In this document: piece by piece, positions 25,085 through 37,779 of the stretch
Position numbering within the stretch: the first letter of the stretch is position 1
How the letters are laid out: each line of letters begins with the position of its first letter
From: Euprymna scolopes
Lineage: Eukaryota
Length of the DNA stretch: 64,000 nt
Strand: one strand, 5' to 3'
Assembly: GCA_053919585.1 (NCBI GenBank)
Contig: CM132794.1
The notes under the pieces: model-generated
Seen by the model: the letters and a program-made list of their open reading frames with translations, nothing else
The model's database searches: none
What the model was told of the DNA's origin: nothing
Program-made: the position numbers and the translations under genes

Positions 25085-25949
25085 TAGTAGCTCAGTCCTG
25101 CCATTTCCGGGCCCTATANNNNNNNNNNNNNNNNNNNNNNNNNNNNNNNNNNNNNNNNNNNNNNNNNNNNNNNNNNNNNNNNNNNNNNNNNNNNNNNNNN
25201 NNNNNNNNNNNNNNNNNNNNNNNNNNNNNNNNNNNNNNNNNNNNNNNNNNNNNNNNNNNNNNNNCAGGTAAGCTACATCTAAAAATTAAAGTGGATACAA
25301 TAAATATTCGCGGAGGAGGGTGGTAGAGTCTGAAAAAGTAAAATCTTTCAACTGTGACCTCTTTCAAGCCAAATTTTCTCCCCAAAACTGAGTAAAATAG
25401 TAGTCGTATGTCTGAATACACTTTATGTAAAATTAAAAATGTTTAGAAAAAAATTACCTAAATATTTGCTTGAGACCTCAAAGGTCAAATCCTTTTAACT
25501 TTAGCACATTGGCAGCCGCAATTTTCGCCAAGAACAAATTACAAACTTGATTTACGTCGGAAAAGACTTTATATAAAATTACAAATGTTTACACCAAAAA
25601 TTGGATGAGCAATTTGGTAGAGGCCGCTGAGGTCATCTCTTTTAATTTGACCTCAATTTTAACCCTTACCATTTATTGTTTTTGACTCAAACCTACTTAA
25701 AACGTTTGAGTCATTTTCAAGTAGCCTCTCTCTTAAATTTTTAGTGTTCAGAGCCAAAAATGCTTGAGGAGTTTTATAAAGTTTTCAAAGTTCAGATCGT
25801 TGAACTTTGACTCCTTTGTAGCCAGATGTCTGGACGAAAACCGATTAAAAGATTTTCTCAAATCTCAATAACGCTTATAGTGAGTATTGAGACTTAAAAT
25901 GCCAGAGGTTTGGTAGGGAAATAATTCACAAACAGCCACAGACCATTTT

Positions 25950-25958
<9 letters not shown>
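25084..25958 (-). mobile_element. Non-autonomous Helitron-like element (family 1)
   Basis: Minus strand ends gcccggaaatggcaggactgagcta-CTAG-T and starts tatataaagtaaaatggtctgtggctgtttgtg. Same subrepeats as 4526-6664. Both sides are (TA)n. Confidence 0.7.
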
Positions 25959-25997
<39 letters not shown>

Positions 25998-28777
25998 GGA
26001 TTCTCTCATCGAAGACGATTAATTAGGGTTCAGTATGCAATTTACCAGCATCCCCTAAAGCTCTGTGACACCATATGCATAATCACAATTATACAGACCA
26101 CCGACAAACTCGTCCGCACATGGTTAGCTTGCATATGCTTGTCGGTCAAATATGCCTTCGTGGGTGGACGGATTTCCCTGCTTTTCTGCGTGTTTGAAAC
26201 CACGGTGGGATACATGCTATTTTGGTAATTTTTTCGTTTGCTGTGCTTTCATTTTTTGTACGAAGCGCGTTTCTATTACGAAGGCAGACATATTCAAATG
26301 GGGTACAAGTGCACAGTTACCAGCATATGGAGATCAGGAAAAATCTGAACTGAAGTCTTGATAATGGCCTTGAACCGTTGATGGTTACCAACTTTTCCAC
26401 TTAATGGATATTCAACCCTACACTTTTCGAAGTGTTCTTTATAGTTGTCTATAGGTTCACTGAAAATAAAAATGCAAATAGGATGTGGGCAAGGGAAAAT
26501 CTTTGCTTATATCAATTTGATATTTCAAATAATTCAAGTTGTTTACAGTCAGATCGTCGCAACAACTTCCCAGGGAAATGAGACCATCATATTTAACATC
26601 TTCTCCGGAATACTGAGCCCCAACAAAACAGCCCACAATGAATCCATTTAGACTGTATCACACACCTTTGTGAGACCAAGGAATGTAACAAACAGCCCTT
26701 ATTCTCCTTCTCTTTTTCCCCTTAAGTTGCAGAAGGCTGAAGATCATGTGCACAGTGGTTTCCCTAAAATCATAGGGTTTCTGGGAACACCTATTTACGC
26801 ATTTAACCATTGTCTTTGCGTAAGATTACACGAGTTAAAATCTTACCACCAAAAGAGAAATCCCGCTATGGTTATTAAACCGTCACTTGTTTCCTTTGTG
26901 CGCGTAGTTTGAAACGCTACAAGAGCCTATTAAGTTACTTTTCTCTAATTGAACGCCTTAAAAAGTATATTTTGTACGCTCTGTTTGATCCATTGCTGTC
27001 AAGTAAAATGATGAACAATAAAAATTAAATGGCTGCATTTTCTCTTAATGTTCTGGCAATATTGTCACTTAATATGCAAATAAGCTGCTTCCCGTTGGAA
27101 AATTTTTAAATACCTAGTTTTTTAGCGAGTGCATTGATTTTTTGTTTGGATGTGGGAGTAGTGAATCTTGACAAGTAGGTGTCGTATTCATGAGTTAGTA
27201 TTTTAAAACTATTGTGTCGAGGTTCGAATTGTAGAAGCAATTTTGAACACTGGGCACTTGATTTTTCTAATTCTTAAATTAAATATTTTGGCAAAGTACA
27301 AAAAGTGTTCCTTACCTTGCGTTCGTTACAGTTAATCTGTACGTACATAAAAACTTACATGCAAAATTGTGTAACTTTCTATAAAATGATACGTTATATT
27401 GTGTATATTTATTCGCTGAAAACTACGTCATCGATTATCATTCATTACATTTAAAGCAATACGCATATTAAAATCTTTGTGGTATTATTCTTTATATTAT
27501 CGCTGCTACAATATATATATATATATATATATTTGTTTATTGTTATATAAACATGCTCACATCCCTCTGCTACAAATACCCACTTGTTACAATCAAATAA
27601 CAAATATCATCATGCAGCGAATTGACGAATTTATTATTCAAAAGTTCAATGAATAATGGGTTTTTATTTTAGGTAGGACCTCTTTAAAAGTTGGAGTTAA
27701 AAAACTTAAAACACAGAACTTTAATTATAAGATGTAAAGAGGGAGGGGCAATTTAAATAAAGTTAAAAGATTATAATGGAGAGAGAGAGTGATTAAAAAA
27801 AGAAATAGAGAAAGAAAATAAATAGGGAAAGAAAATAGAGAGAAAAAAAAAATATATAATATGGAGCACTTTTTATTGAGCACTATCTAACAACCTCGTT
27901 GAATTCATTAGTCCATTACTTTTGAATATAAAAAACGAGTATATATATNNNNNNNNNNNNNNNNNNNNNNNNNNNNNNNNNNNNNNNNNNNNNNNNNNNN
28001 NNNNNNNNNNNNNNNNNNNNNNNNNNNNNNNNNNNNNNNNNNNNNNNNNNNNNNNNNNNNNNNNNNNNNNNNNNNNNNNNNNNNNNNNNNNNNNNNNNNN
28101 NNNNNNNNNNNNNNNNNNAGTCACAATTTATTGTTATATTTTACAGGAAACCCATTTATGTAATCACTCTTACCTTGATTATTTATGTTAACGATCAGTT
28201 TTCTTTCATGTATGCAAACGTAATATTTTTAGTTCTATTTCTATCTCATTACCATTACATTTTTTCCGGCGACATGAACTCATTTTTAAGAAAACATTTG
28301 TTACAGGAAAATAGTCTACATAACATGTAAACATTACATCCGTCAAGTCTTGATAAAAATTAACTAAATACATTTTGCATTCTAATTTTGTAAAGTTACG
28401 TAAACTATGAGTAGATTTTACAATGTATTTTAATAATCTGATAGCGTGTTTATATTTATATAGAGAGAGAGAGAGTAAGATAATCCGTATAGTTTATCTC
28501 AGTCTTTCCAATATGCATCGACAATATTTTTCAATACGATTGAATACATGAGTTGGAACCGACATAATTGTTTAAAATGTGGTGAATTCATAAATATTTG
28601 TGACGAAGCATCACGTCTAATCTTTCCAAAAATGAAACGGAAATTTTAGGATCATTTTAATAACACGGGTTTTAAATTATTAAGTTAATTAACCGAATCT
28701 TTGCGCTTTTAATATTTATATTAATATGTGTAGCTTATTAAACATACATACCTATCTACGTATATACATACATTCAT

Positions 28778-28859
<82 letters not shown>

Positions 28860-28889
28860 TTACTATGAAATTGTTTGAGAGATTCAAAC

Positions 28890-30072
28890 GAGAGAAAGAT
28901 GTATATTTAAATCAGTGAGGTCACGAACAATTGTACTGCATTTTTTTAGATTGGTTTATTAATTGCTATATTTATTTTTATATATTTAATTATTTAGATC
29001 ATTGTAATATTGTGGTTTATCATTGACATGATTTTTTACCCGATTCGGACGTCCAGTGAAGCGTCTTCGTGAAAAAAAAAGTATTCAACATGTAACATAT
29101 TTCCAATATTAGTAAAATGTATAAACACGTTTTCGTAATCCATTTTGGTGACATGTTTCCAAGAAGTGGCAATATCTATAAATGATTTAAAAGAGCTTCT
29201 TGGCTGCAGGCCAGACCAGGGTCATTGCTACCTTTTGCTTTCCCCTCCATTTCCTTACTTTTTTCCTTTTTCTCCTTTTGTTTATTTATTTGTCTTCTTC
29301 CTACTTGAGTGTGAGTGTAGGGCACGTTAGTACTTGCTCAAAAAAGTGGATTGTTGTGTGTGTGTTCTTGTGTGAGTTACGCTTTGTAAGTGCGGGTGTG
29401 TGTGTGTGCGTGTGCGTGTTCCCTTGTATAGGTGTGTAGAAATGCGTTATGTCTCTGAGTGTAAGTTACCCCTTGGAGAATTCGTAATTAGATAGTAATG
29501 TTTCTATTCAATTTTGATTATTATATTTTAATTTCAGATTTAAATTTCTGTCTATTGTTATTTTCGTTTTAGCTTAAGTCGGTTGGCGTATTCATAATAT
29601 TATATTTGTTTGTATTAAGAGGCGTATTTATAGATAGATAAGATAATTTTAGTGTTCCTATTTATTTATCTCCCCAATTGGACAGGGCAGACATACGATC
29701 GGTTTTCAGTGTTGGAAAGATCCCACTCCCCAAATCTGGGAACACAGTGCCGCTCCCCAAAACCGGGAGCACAGTGCAAAGGCACAAGAGTAAGAATGAA
29801 AATTGTTTCAGTCACGAATGATTACTCCTCTTCGGACTGAGGGGAGAAGAGGCGATGCCAGTGTCGAAACCGACACTACAGTGTAGTTTTAGTTATTTTT
29901 AGTGCTGTTTGTTTCGTAGTAAAGTAAGGTAGGTATCGTTCAATGTGTTATATCAGAAGAGTTGTTTGTTGCTGTATGTGGCTGTATGCGTGTGCGTGTG
30001 TGTTTTAATATGTCAGTTCTGATTTATCTTTACATTTATACCTACTTGCGTGCGAGTGTGTTTTGCATTGTA
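28890..30072 (-). mobile_element. Penelope-like element 3' non-coding tail / pseudo-LTR (left arm)
   Basis: Reverse complement of ~38440-39430. Continues across the LTR insertion at 36343. Degenerate hammerhead at ~29035-29075. Confidence 0.75.
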
Positions 30073-30975
30073 AGTGAACCGTTTATAGTGGCAGTTAGAC
30101 TCCAACCGAGTTGGGGGTGGGGGCTTAGGCTCCCGAAACACTGGAGAATGCCGGGCAAACATCATCGTTTTACTGTTACGCGTTGTGCATGCCCGAGACA
30201 AAGACAACCAACCCTGCTGAAAGGAAGAGTTAAGTTATAAATTTCATTTGTTTTTCATGAAACCGACATGTAAATCGGATTGTTTGGTGAAAGTGACAAT
30301 TTCATAAAAGTTTGAAAACATAACGCAATATAATTTCATTTCCAGTGCAATCAAGCGCTGACTCAGTGATGTCTGGTCTCTGAATACAGAAGCAACCCGA
30401 AAGGCAGGTGTTTACCTTTTTCGATCGTGAGAAAACAAGACTAAGAGAGCTCGCAGATTTACAGGAAGACAGACACACACACATACCCCCCACACACACA
30501 TTCACACACGGGAATTCCCCTGAGGTGACCTAATCAGTCGTGATATGTCTAGGCGGTAGCCAAATCGACCCCTGACTTGACAACATAAACGGTCTCCATG
30601 CGAAAATCTGCTGTTTGAGCTTAGATTCGATAGAAACCAATCGTCACATCCTCTCTCTCTCTCTCTCTCTCTCTTCCCGCAAAATCGAGAGAAATTAATC
30701 CAAATGAGACTCAGTAGAATTTTTGTCAAAATCAACAACTGAACAATTGTATATAATTTTATATTGTGTGTATCTAGAATTTACCAGTAGAATAGATATA
30801 ACTGAGTATGTCTTCCGTTTGCGTGCATGAAACTGATTCATTTCCAGTGTGACAGATAGACGGAGTAGCGACCTTTCGACCTGGAGGATGACCACAGGTC
30901 ACATTTGCATCTTTGCCCGAGGATTGGCGCGTATGTTACAAGGAGATTCCTATTCAGGATCGCTGAGGGTTCACA
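30073..30975 (+). repeat. 5' LTR
   Basis: Starts agtgaacc and ends ggttcaca (near-inverted termini). Aligns with 35439-36342. Confidence 0.85.
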
Positions 30976-30977
30976 TC

Positions 30978-30997
30978 TGGAGCCGTGTAACCAGGAT
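30978..30997 (+). promoter_or_regulatory. Primer-binding site (tRNA-His-like)
   Basis: TGGAGCCGTGTAACCAGGAT, 2 nt after the LTR, resembles the complement of the tRNA-His 3' end (TGGTGCCGTGACCAGGAT). A second copy lies at ~31078-31099. Confidence 0.65.
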
Positions 30998-31787
30998 AAA
31001 AGACCCTGAGTGGGTATGAAACATGACGTCGGAGCAGGTCACTAAGCGACCGCCATGTGTAGCTTCATATTCCACATCTGGTGACCGTGAAGCCAGGATA
31101 AAGGACCTGAGTGAAAGGAAAACACTGAAAAAAAGAATATAAAATAGAAAGAGAAGAGAGGACGAGAAAAAAGAGAATGGGAGAAAAAAATTCCACAGGC
31201 ACAACGAGAGACTTGAAGAGAAGAAGAACTAACTGACCCGACAAAACAAAACAAAAACCATAACATATAAGGGAGAGAAAAACGGACTGGAAAAAAGAAA
31301 GAAAGTGCAAGGAGAGTAAAAGAGACTGTGAAACGAAACACGGACACACCACAAAAAAATCTGTATTTGTTTCCTCCAAGAGTAAATAGGAAAGACTTTT
31401 TTGAATCAAGAGACTGACGTCGGTGGCGCAATATCAAGTATTTGGGTAAGTACAAAGTTTTTTTTTAGATTCTATATCGTCGGAGCGGGCGCTTTTGAGG
31501 AATGCTGCTAAAGTGAATTGAATATTAGTTTGTGCGTGTGTTAAACACAAATAAAATGGTAAAAGAGGGAGAGAAAGAATAAGTATATTGAAAAGCGCCA
31601 GTGTGTGTTTTTCTCTGCATCGTAATTGTGTGTTACATCAAAAAACAAAAAAAAAGAGAGAAATAATAAATGCATTGAAAGCGAATTGACCATCAGTTAT
31701 GTTGATTTTAAAAGTGAAACTTTTTTTCTTCTGCGTCGCGTTTAGTTAAATTCAAGCAAAAAATAGAGATAGAAAGTTAAAGAGAAA

Positions 31788-31819
<32 letters not shown>

Positions 31820-34800
31820 AAGTGCAATCCACTTGAGAAGTTACACTGAGTTTGTTTTTCTTATTTGTTTTATTGTGTCGCTGTTGTAGATTTCATTCTC
31901 TTGTTGTTTTTAGTGAAAAAAGAATAGCGTAAGAAAAAACACCATATGTATGAGTAGAGAAGACTTAAGAAGATGGAGAAACCAGTCAACATAGGGGTCG
32001 GAGAGGGGATGGCGGGGTGCACCGGCGAACTGGAGAGGGATGTAGACAACCCAACTCGGTGGATGGACAAAATTCAGGAAGAAATCGACGGAAGGATAAA
32101 GGAGAGCTTAGGTTCGCCAAGAGTAACGGAAGCTTTCCCGGTTTTGTTAGGAAATTTGCGGATCCACAGTTTAAGGGGAGTGCCGAGAGTGGTAGATAAT
32201 TAGTTACGGACAGTCGGTAAGAAGCAGGTCGTATTCGGCTTGAAAGATGCCAAAATGATCCTCCTCGAGTATAACGCGGAGTCGGGGCCGGTCTCGAGAT
32301 TCATTACGCGGCAGTTCCAAAAGAACCGCCGGTTACCTGGTGACAGCTAAGCTCGTCCCTTATGAAAAGTTTAAGCAGCGAAAGGACCGCTATTGAGGCA
32401 GTGAGCGAGCTTTTTGGGCGCCGACAGCACGCTGGGAAAAAGATAGGTGCTATGGCCGAGCGAATATCCGGACTGGCCATACGTGCCTTCCCGGACTAGT
32501 CGGTTAGAGACGATCGCCCGATAGAGGCATTACTAGCAGATAGCTTGGGCGAAGTCCTTCTTGCTCAAGACATAGGGGCGAGTGTGTTAAATGGTAACCC
32601 CGTTAAGCTAAGCGACGCTGTAGACCTCGCCCAGAATAGCAATCAGGTATGAAGCCGTATCAGGAGCTCGAGGTTGTATTATTAAACCAGAGAGACCCGC
32701 CCTACTATAAGGAAGCCCAAGCCAAAACAAGTCGCCGAAGCTACTGGAAGAGGATAATTGGGCGAAGGGGTTTGATACCAATAAGCTAGAGTGGAACCTC
32801 AGATGTGGCCACTGCAACTCCGTGCCTGGACGATTGAGGTCGCGTGTTTACGATTTGACTATGAAGGGCACCCAGCGGCGAAGTACCAGACTCAATTTGG
32901 AGGAAATACAGCCCTTTTGTAAGAAGTGTCACCGACACGAGCATGAGGCCAAATGGTGCATTGACGCAGAAAATCGTCGCCTGGGGATCAGCAGAGACAC
33001 CCGACCAGCGCAACGAGCCCGCTCGAGTGCAAGCCACAAGGGAACCCGAGAGAGATTCTAAAACCTGTTACGTACGGGCAGAAGTCCTAGTGCAACCCAT
33101 AGCAAAAACGCCTATGGGAAAAGCAGATGGGTCTTCCAAGACATGAGGGGGCATGTGACCCCTGAGATGAAAAGACCCCTGTATTGTTGGACGTGCGGAC
33201 CGGCTGGTCATATGACCAGTGTTTGTCCGCATGCCTGGTGTTGGCGTTGTGAATATGCAGGCCATCGGCGGAGAGATTGCCCCCGGATGAAATTTCCATA
33301 TTAAACAAGGAGGGGAAATACCGTCCAGAAGGTTCGATCAGATCTCAGACTGCCTGGCATTTGCCGGGTGAGGAGCATTTGCTGCCCGTTCAAACCCAAT
33401 GGTGCTCATGAACGTAAAGACGGCTAAGAGGCCATCAGATCAATAGAGAGAAGGGGGTCAGACCTGCCCCGTGGAGTGGGGGACGTGGAGTTGACAACTC
33501 TGGTGGACACGGGTTCAGCCGTATCATTATGAAGATCGGATGCATGCCGTGCAGTGGAGGACAAAGAACCTTTACAGCCGGCAGATGTTAAATTAGCACA
33601 CGCAAACAACACCGAGTTACAGCTAGAGGAGATGAGCTATGCCTCATTTAGACAGCGAGAAGAAAAGTGTGTGTGAAGGTCTACGTCGGGAAGGACTTAA
33701 AAAGGAGCTGACACTGGGAATGATTAAGTATATATGATCAGGAGGTGCGGGTCAGCTTTGCGGTACCCCTCTGACAATTTTGTCGTTGGAAATTCCCTTA
33801 GGGGGACTAGCCGGACAAGTGACACCGTCTCCAGAGTCTCTCAGCCAGGAGGAGCTGGGCTTCGACAGTGAAGAAGATCTCTCGGAAGAATACTAAAATT
33901 ATGTGAAAAGGAGAACTAGCTGGTCGTGGCTGCGAACCCATTAAAGGGGGCCGCGGAGGGACATTGAGCGAGATTATAACGATTGACTGATAAATCGAAT
34001 AAAATAATACCCTGTTTGAGGCGAAATCCTGTTCCTGAATGTCTAAACAAATCGGACAGTAACCTAAGACGTGTTTTGGAAACAAAGGAAAAAAAGGAAA
34101 TCAGGTGATTTAATTAAATTAAAAAATTGGATGTGAAATAAGGTTTGAGCGCCTCTTATAAAATCGAACTGGATAGGATTTTATTTTTTTTTTTTTTGGA
34201 ACTCGTAGATTGGGTTTGGAAATTCAACTGCTGTTAGCCGCACTGATCACGGCTGTTTTTGAAGGCAAGGAAGCTACAGTTGTGGCAGACTGGTGTGGCG
34301 TTGGGGAGGATTAGTCGTCATTGTTCACCATTCTTTAATGGTGGCGTTGGCGAGAATGTTGGGGCGAGTAACGGGATGTTCTGAGATTGTTAAATATATA
34401 CTAAGTCTCGTGGTTGTGTGTTGTGAGGCTGGCAGGGGTTATGGTGAAGGCTTTGCTGTATCGCTTACTCTTCCCCGCTCTGTCTCTTGCAGTTTGCGCC
34501 CGTATGATCCAAAACCAACGGTGTGTTTTATAGGAAAGCTTATAACGTGAATAAACTAGATTATTATTTTAACATTTTTACCAAGTTAAAAAAACGGTAT
34601 TCTTTGTCGGATGATTTAAATGGATTTTCTGTCGAGATTATTTTTAAGATAATCCATTGCATACGTTACGCGTGTTATGCATTGCAATTCTGGATTGTTA
34701 ATGAATTCCTAAGGAAGGAACCTATTCAATAAGAAGCGTAAAAGGTAACGTCACTTTTCGAATAATTTTAAACGAGAGTAAATAAGCGTAATGTTTTGGA

Positions 34801-35438
34801 TTGAATTGTGATTGAAAGATTTTGGAGTAACTTTGATTACTTGTTGAAAGAAACAGATATTTTATAATGTATGAAAAAACACATTTGACTTTTATAATTT
34901 CTGTGAATAGTTCTGTGAAAAAACGAACATTCAAGTGAATTTTCTGATTCAACTTTAAGATAAGATATGTAACTTTATGGTAGGTGATTGGAATACCCGG
35001 CGCCTTTTAACGTGAAAAATTGTGGGTGACTTTTTTAACTGTTTTATAATTAATCATTTTTTGTTGGAAAAAGACAGGAGTACCTCTCATCATTGCTGGG
35101 AAAGAAAACTGCATAATTGTGTTGAAATAAAGGAGATAAATGTTATATAACTGGTGAAAAATAAGAGTAACGATATCTTTCGAAATTTGGACTTACTGGA
35201 CTTACTTGAAACTTGGAACTTTTTACTTTTCTAATATTATGACATTTTGGACTTTTAAATCCCAGAAGGGTAATGTCTCGGCTGACGAGCTGACGTGGAG
35301 AGCCATCACTTGTGAGTGGTTGTTGTTGAAATATATTTACAAAAAAACGGCCGAATGAAGCAGCTGGGGTGGAGATCTGTGTTTGCAGATTACTCTGACT
35401 CATTCGTTTCCAAAAACCTATTGGTCTAAGGGGCAGTA

Positions 35439-36342
35439 TGTGACGATACCGTCCTAAGGAGCGATTGGGCTCCCAATGGGGGGAAATGGACGCTGAGGGT
35501 CCCGAAACACTATAGAATGTCGGGCAGATATGACTGTTTTATTGTTTATTAATATTGTATGCCAGGGAAACGGCAGCAAACCCTGCTGAAAGGAGAAGAT
35601 AAGTTATAAATTCCATTATGTTTATGAAACCGACATGTAAATCTGATTGTTTAATGAAAGTTAAAATTTGTTGTCACTTTGAGAGACATAACGAAATATA
35701 ATCTCGTTTCCGGTGCCAGCGACCCCTGACCATGGACGTCTGTCCTCTGATTACAGTATCAGACGGAAACATCACAGGTTTTACCTTTTTCGATCATGAG
35801 AAAACAAACCTGAGAGAGCTTGCAGATTCACAGGTAAACCCACACACGGGGATGCCGCTGAGTTGAGGTAATCAGTGGGGGTTGGTCCAGGTCGCAGCCC
35901 GACCCAACCCTGTCATGACTGCATAAAAGGTTCCCATGCACAAATTGCAGTTTGAGCTGCGATTAGAGAGAAATAAAACACAATCGAAGATCGTCACCCC
36001 TCTCTCTCTCTCTCTCTCTCTCATCCCGAAGCGTCACCACCGCAGCATCAAGAATAATTATCTAATTGAGACTCAGTAATTTATTTCTCAAAATAAACAA
36101 CTAATCAATTGTATACAATTTTATATTGTGTAACTCTATCTGGAATTAAACTGTAGAACAGATATAACTGAGTCTGTTTTGTTTCTTTTTCGTGCATTAA
36201 ACTGATCTATTTACAGTATGGCAGATCGATGAAGAAGCAGCCTATCAACCCGAAGGACGAACGCAGGTCACATTTGCGTACGTGACCGAGGATTGACGCT
36301 ATGTGGCAAGGGATCTCTATTAGGGATCGCTGAGGGTTCACA
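35439..36342 (+). repeat. 3' LTR
   Basis: TGTGAC...GGTTCACA, preceded by a purine tract. About 70-80% similar to the 5' LTR by eye. Confidence 0.85.
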
Positions 36343-37770
36343 GCTTTTTGTTTATTTTAGTATTGATATTAAGCTCTGGTCTCTTCGGACTCTTATTATG
36401 ATGTTTTCCTGTGTAAAATTAGCATGTTTTGAAGTTGTTTCTACTACATGGGGGTCAAATTGAAACATCTTAATGTATACACTACATTTCTATAGGGGTA
36501 ATTTTGATCTTTATTTATTCTGAATGTCTGTCTTGACTGTTTTAATGGGTATGTCTTTCCTTCTATTATTACGTCACAACTTCACATCGCCGCTTGTTGC
36601 ATTTTGTAAACACATTTGGTATCAGTTGATTGCGTTTAGAGGAGGTTAAGGTGTGTTTTTAAGTTGGCGTTTGCTTTTTTGTTGTTCCAAGTATGTTCTT
36701 GGTTTATCATTCTGACTGAGAAGTATACGGTTTTTGTAATAGTACTGGGTTGATTGTGTTAGTCTACAGATATATGCTAATTTTTTTCTTTGCTGTATGT
36801 TTTTTGTTTGTTTGTTAGGTGGTCTATTCGAACGTTTTCTGCACGTTCGATACCATTGCGTATTATTAGAGGTTTATGTCTTCTTTTCCGCTAGCACATT
36901 TGCAGTTCATTTATTCGAGATAATGGGTTGCATTTGCCTGTGGCTTCCGTGCAATCTCTGCGTTTCAGTGAGTAGGGTGTGGATATAAACAGTTTTCCGG
37001 ATGATAGCTTTTACAGTTGAGGTATTGTTGGGTGCCTGTGTGCTTGTCCTATATATATGTAATTATGTTGTTTTTAATTGTTATATCTAGAAAAATTAAT
37101 TCACGGGGTTTGTTCTAGGGTGAACTTTATTTTGGGGTGTAGATTTTGTAGTATAATATTGAGCACTCTGATATGCTCACATGTAGTTTATCAGAGGATA
37201 AAGAAATCATCCAGGTATCTTTTCCAAGATTATATGAAGAGTATTTTGATATTGTCTCGGTATTTCTGCTATATCTTTTCATAAAAGAATCGCTTCCAGG
37301 AGGACCAGTTTTGGGATGATATGTATTTGTACCATTTTTGTTCACATTCCTGTGCTTAGTATTTGAATGTTGTTGTCATTATAAAATTCGAAGGAGTTGT
37401 TGAGGATTATGTCTCTTCTGTCAATCACGAATTGTTTATTGAGTATGGGGTATAAAGTTGTGTGTGTTTGTCGATCCAGTATGAGATGACTTCTTTCCTT
37501 AAGCTATTGGAGATATTATTGTATAGGCCTTTAACATCGAATGCATTTAGTATTGCCCTATTGTCTACTGTTTTTTGTTCGGAACTAAGGTCGTGCATGC
37601 TATCCATTATGTAGCTTCTAAGTAGATCGTTGAAAGGATGTAATAATATGTCTATTAAGTTCAGCTCTGCTATGTTGCTTTCAGAGGTTGGGCAGAAGTT
37701 GAGACCCAGTATGTGTACTTCGATTTTTCCATTTGTACGTGTATCTGCAGATAGATTTATGACTTTACTA
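36343..37770 (-). mobile_element. Penelope-like element RT and GIY-YIG region, degenerate
   Basis: AFDVKGLYNNI...EVISYWIDKH (PLE RT motif DVxSLYTNI), STGM*TKMV (GTAMGT-like) and a Cys-rich linker before the endonuclease. Confidence 0.8.
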
Positions 37771-37779
37771 ATACTTATT

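Larger units (their letters stand above)
19980..25118. repeat. Tandem duplication, ~2.75-kb unit x2
   Basis: 19980-22414 aligns along its length with 22705-25118 (roughly 90-95% by eye), including the ctgcc..ttccgggccctat Helitron end. Confidence 0.95.
30073..36342 (+). mobile_element. LTR retrotransposon (Gypsy-like) with gag and protease only
   Basis: Two ~900-bp direct repeats, PBS, CCHC knuckles CKKCHRHEHEAKWC (32918-32959) and CWTCGPAGHMTSVC (33185-33226), protease LVDTGSAVS (~33500-33526), and purine tract aaggggcag before the 3' LTR. Confidence 0.88.

Noticed and set aside
26560-26900. Possible mariner relic (SPYSPS)
   Set aside because: Only one weak motif; no TIR or other catalytic motifs seen.
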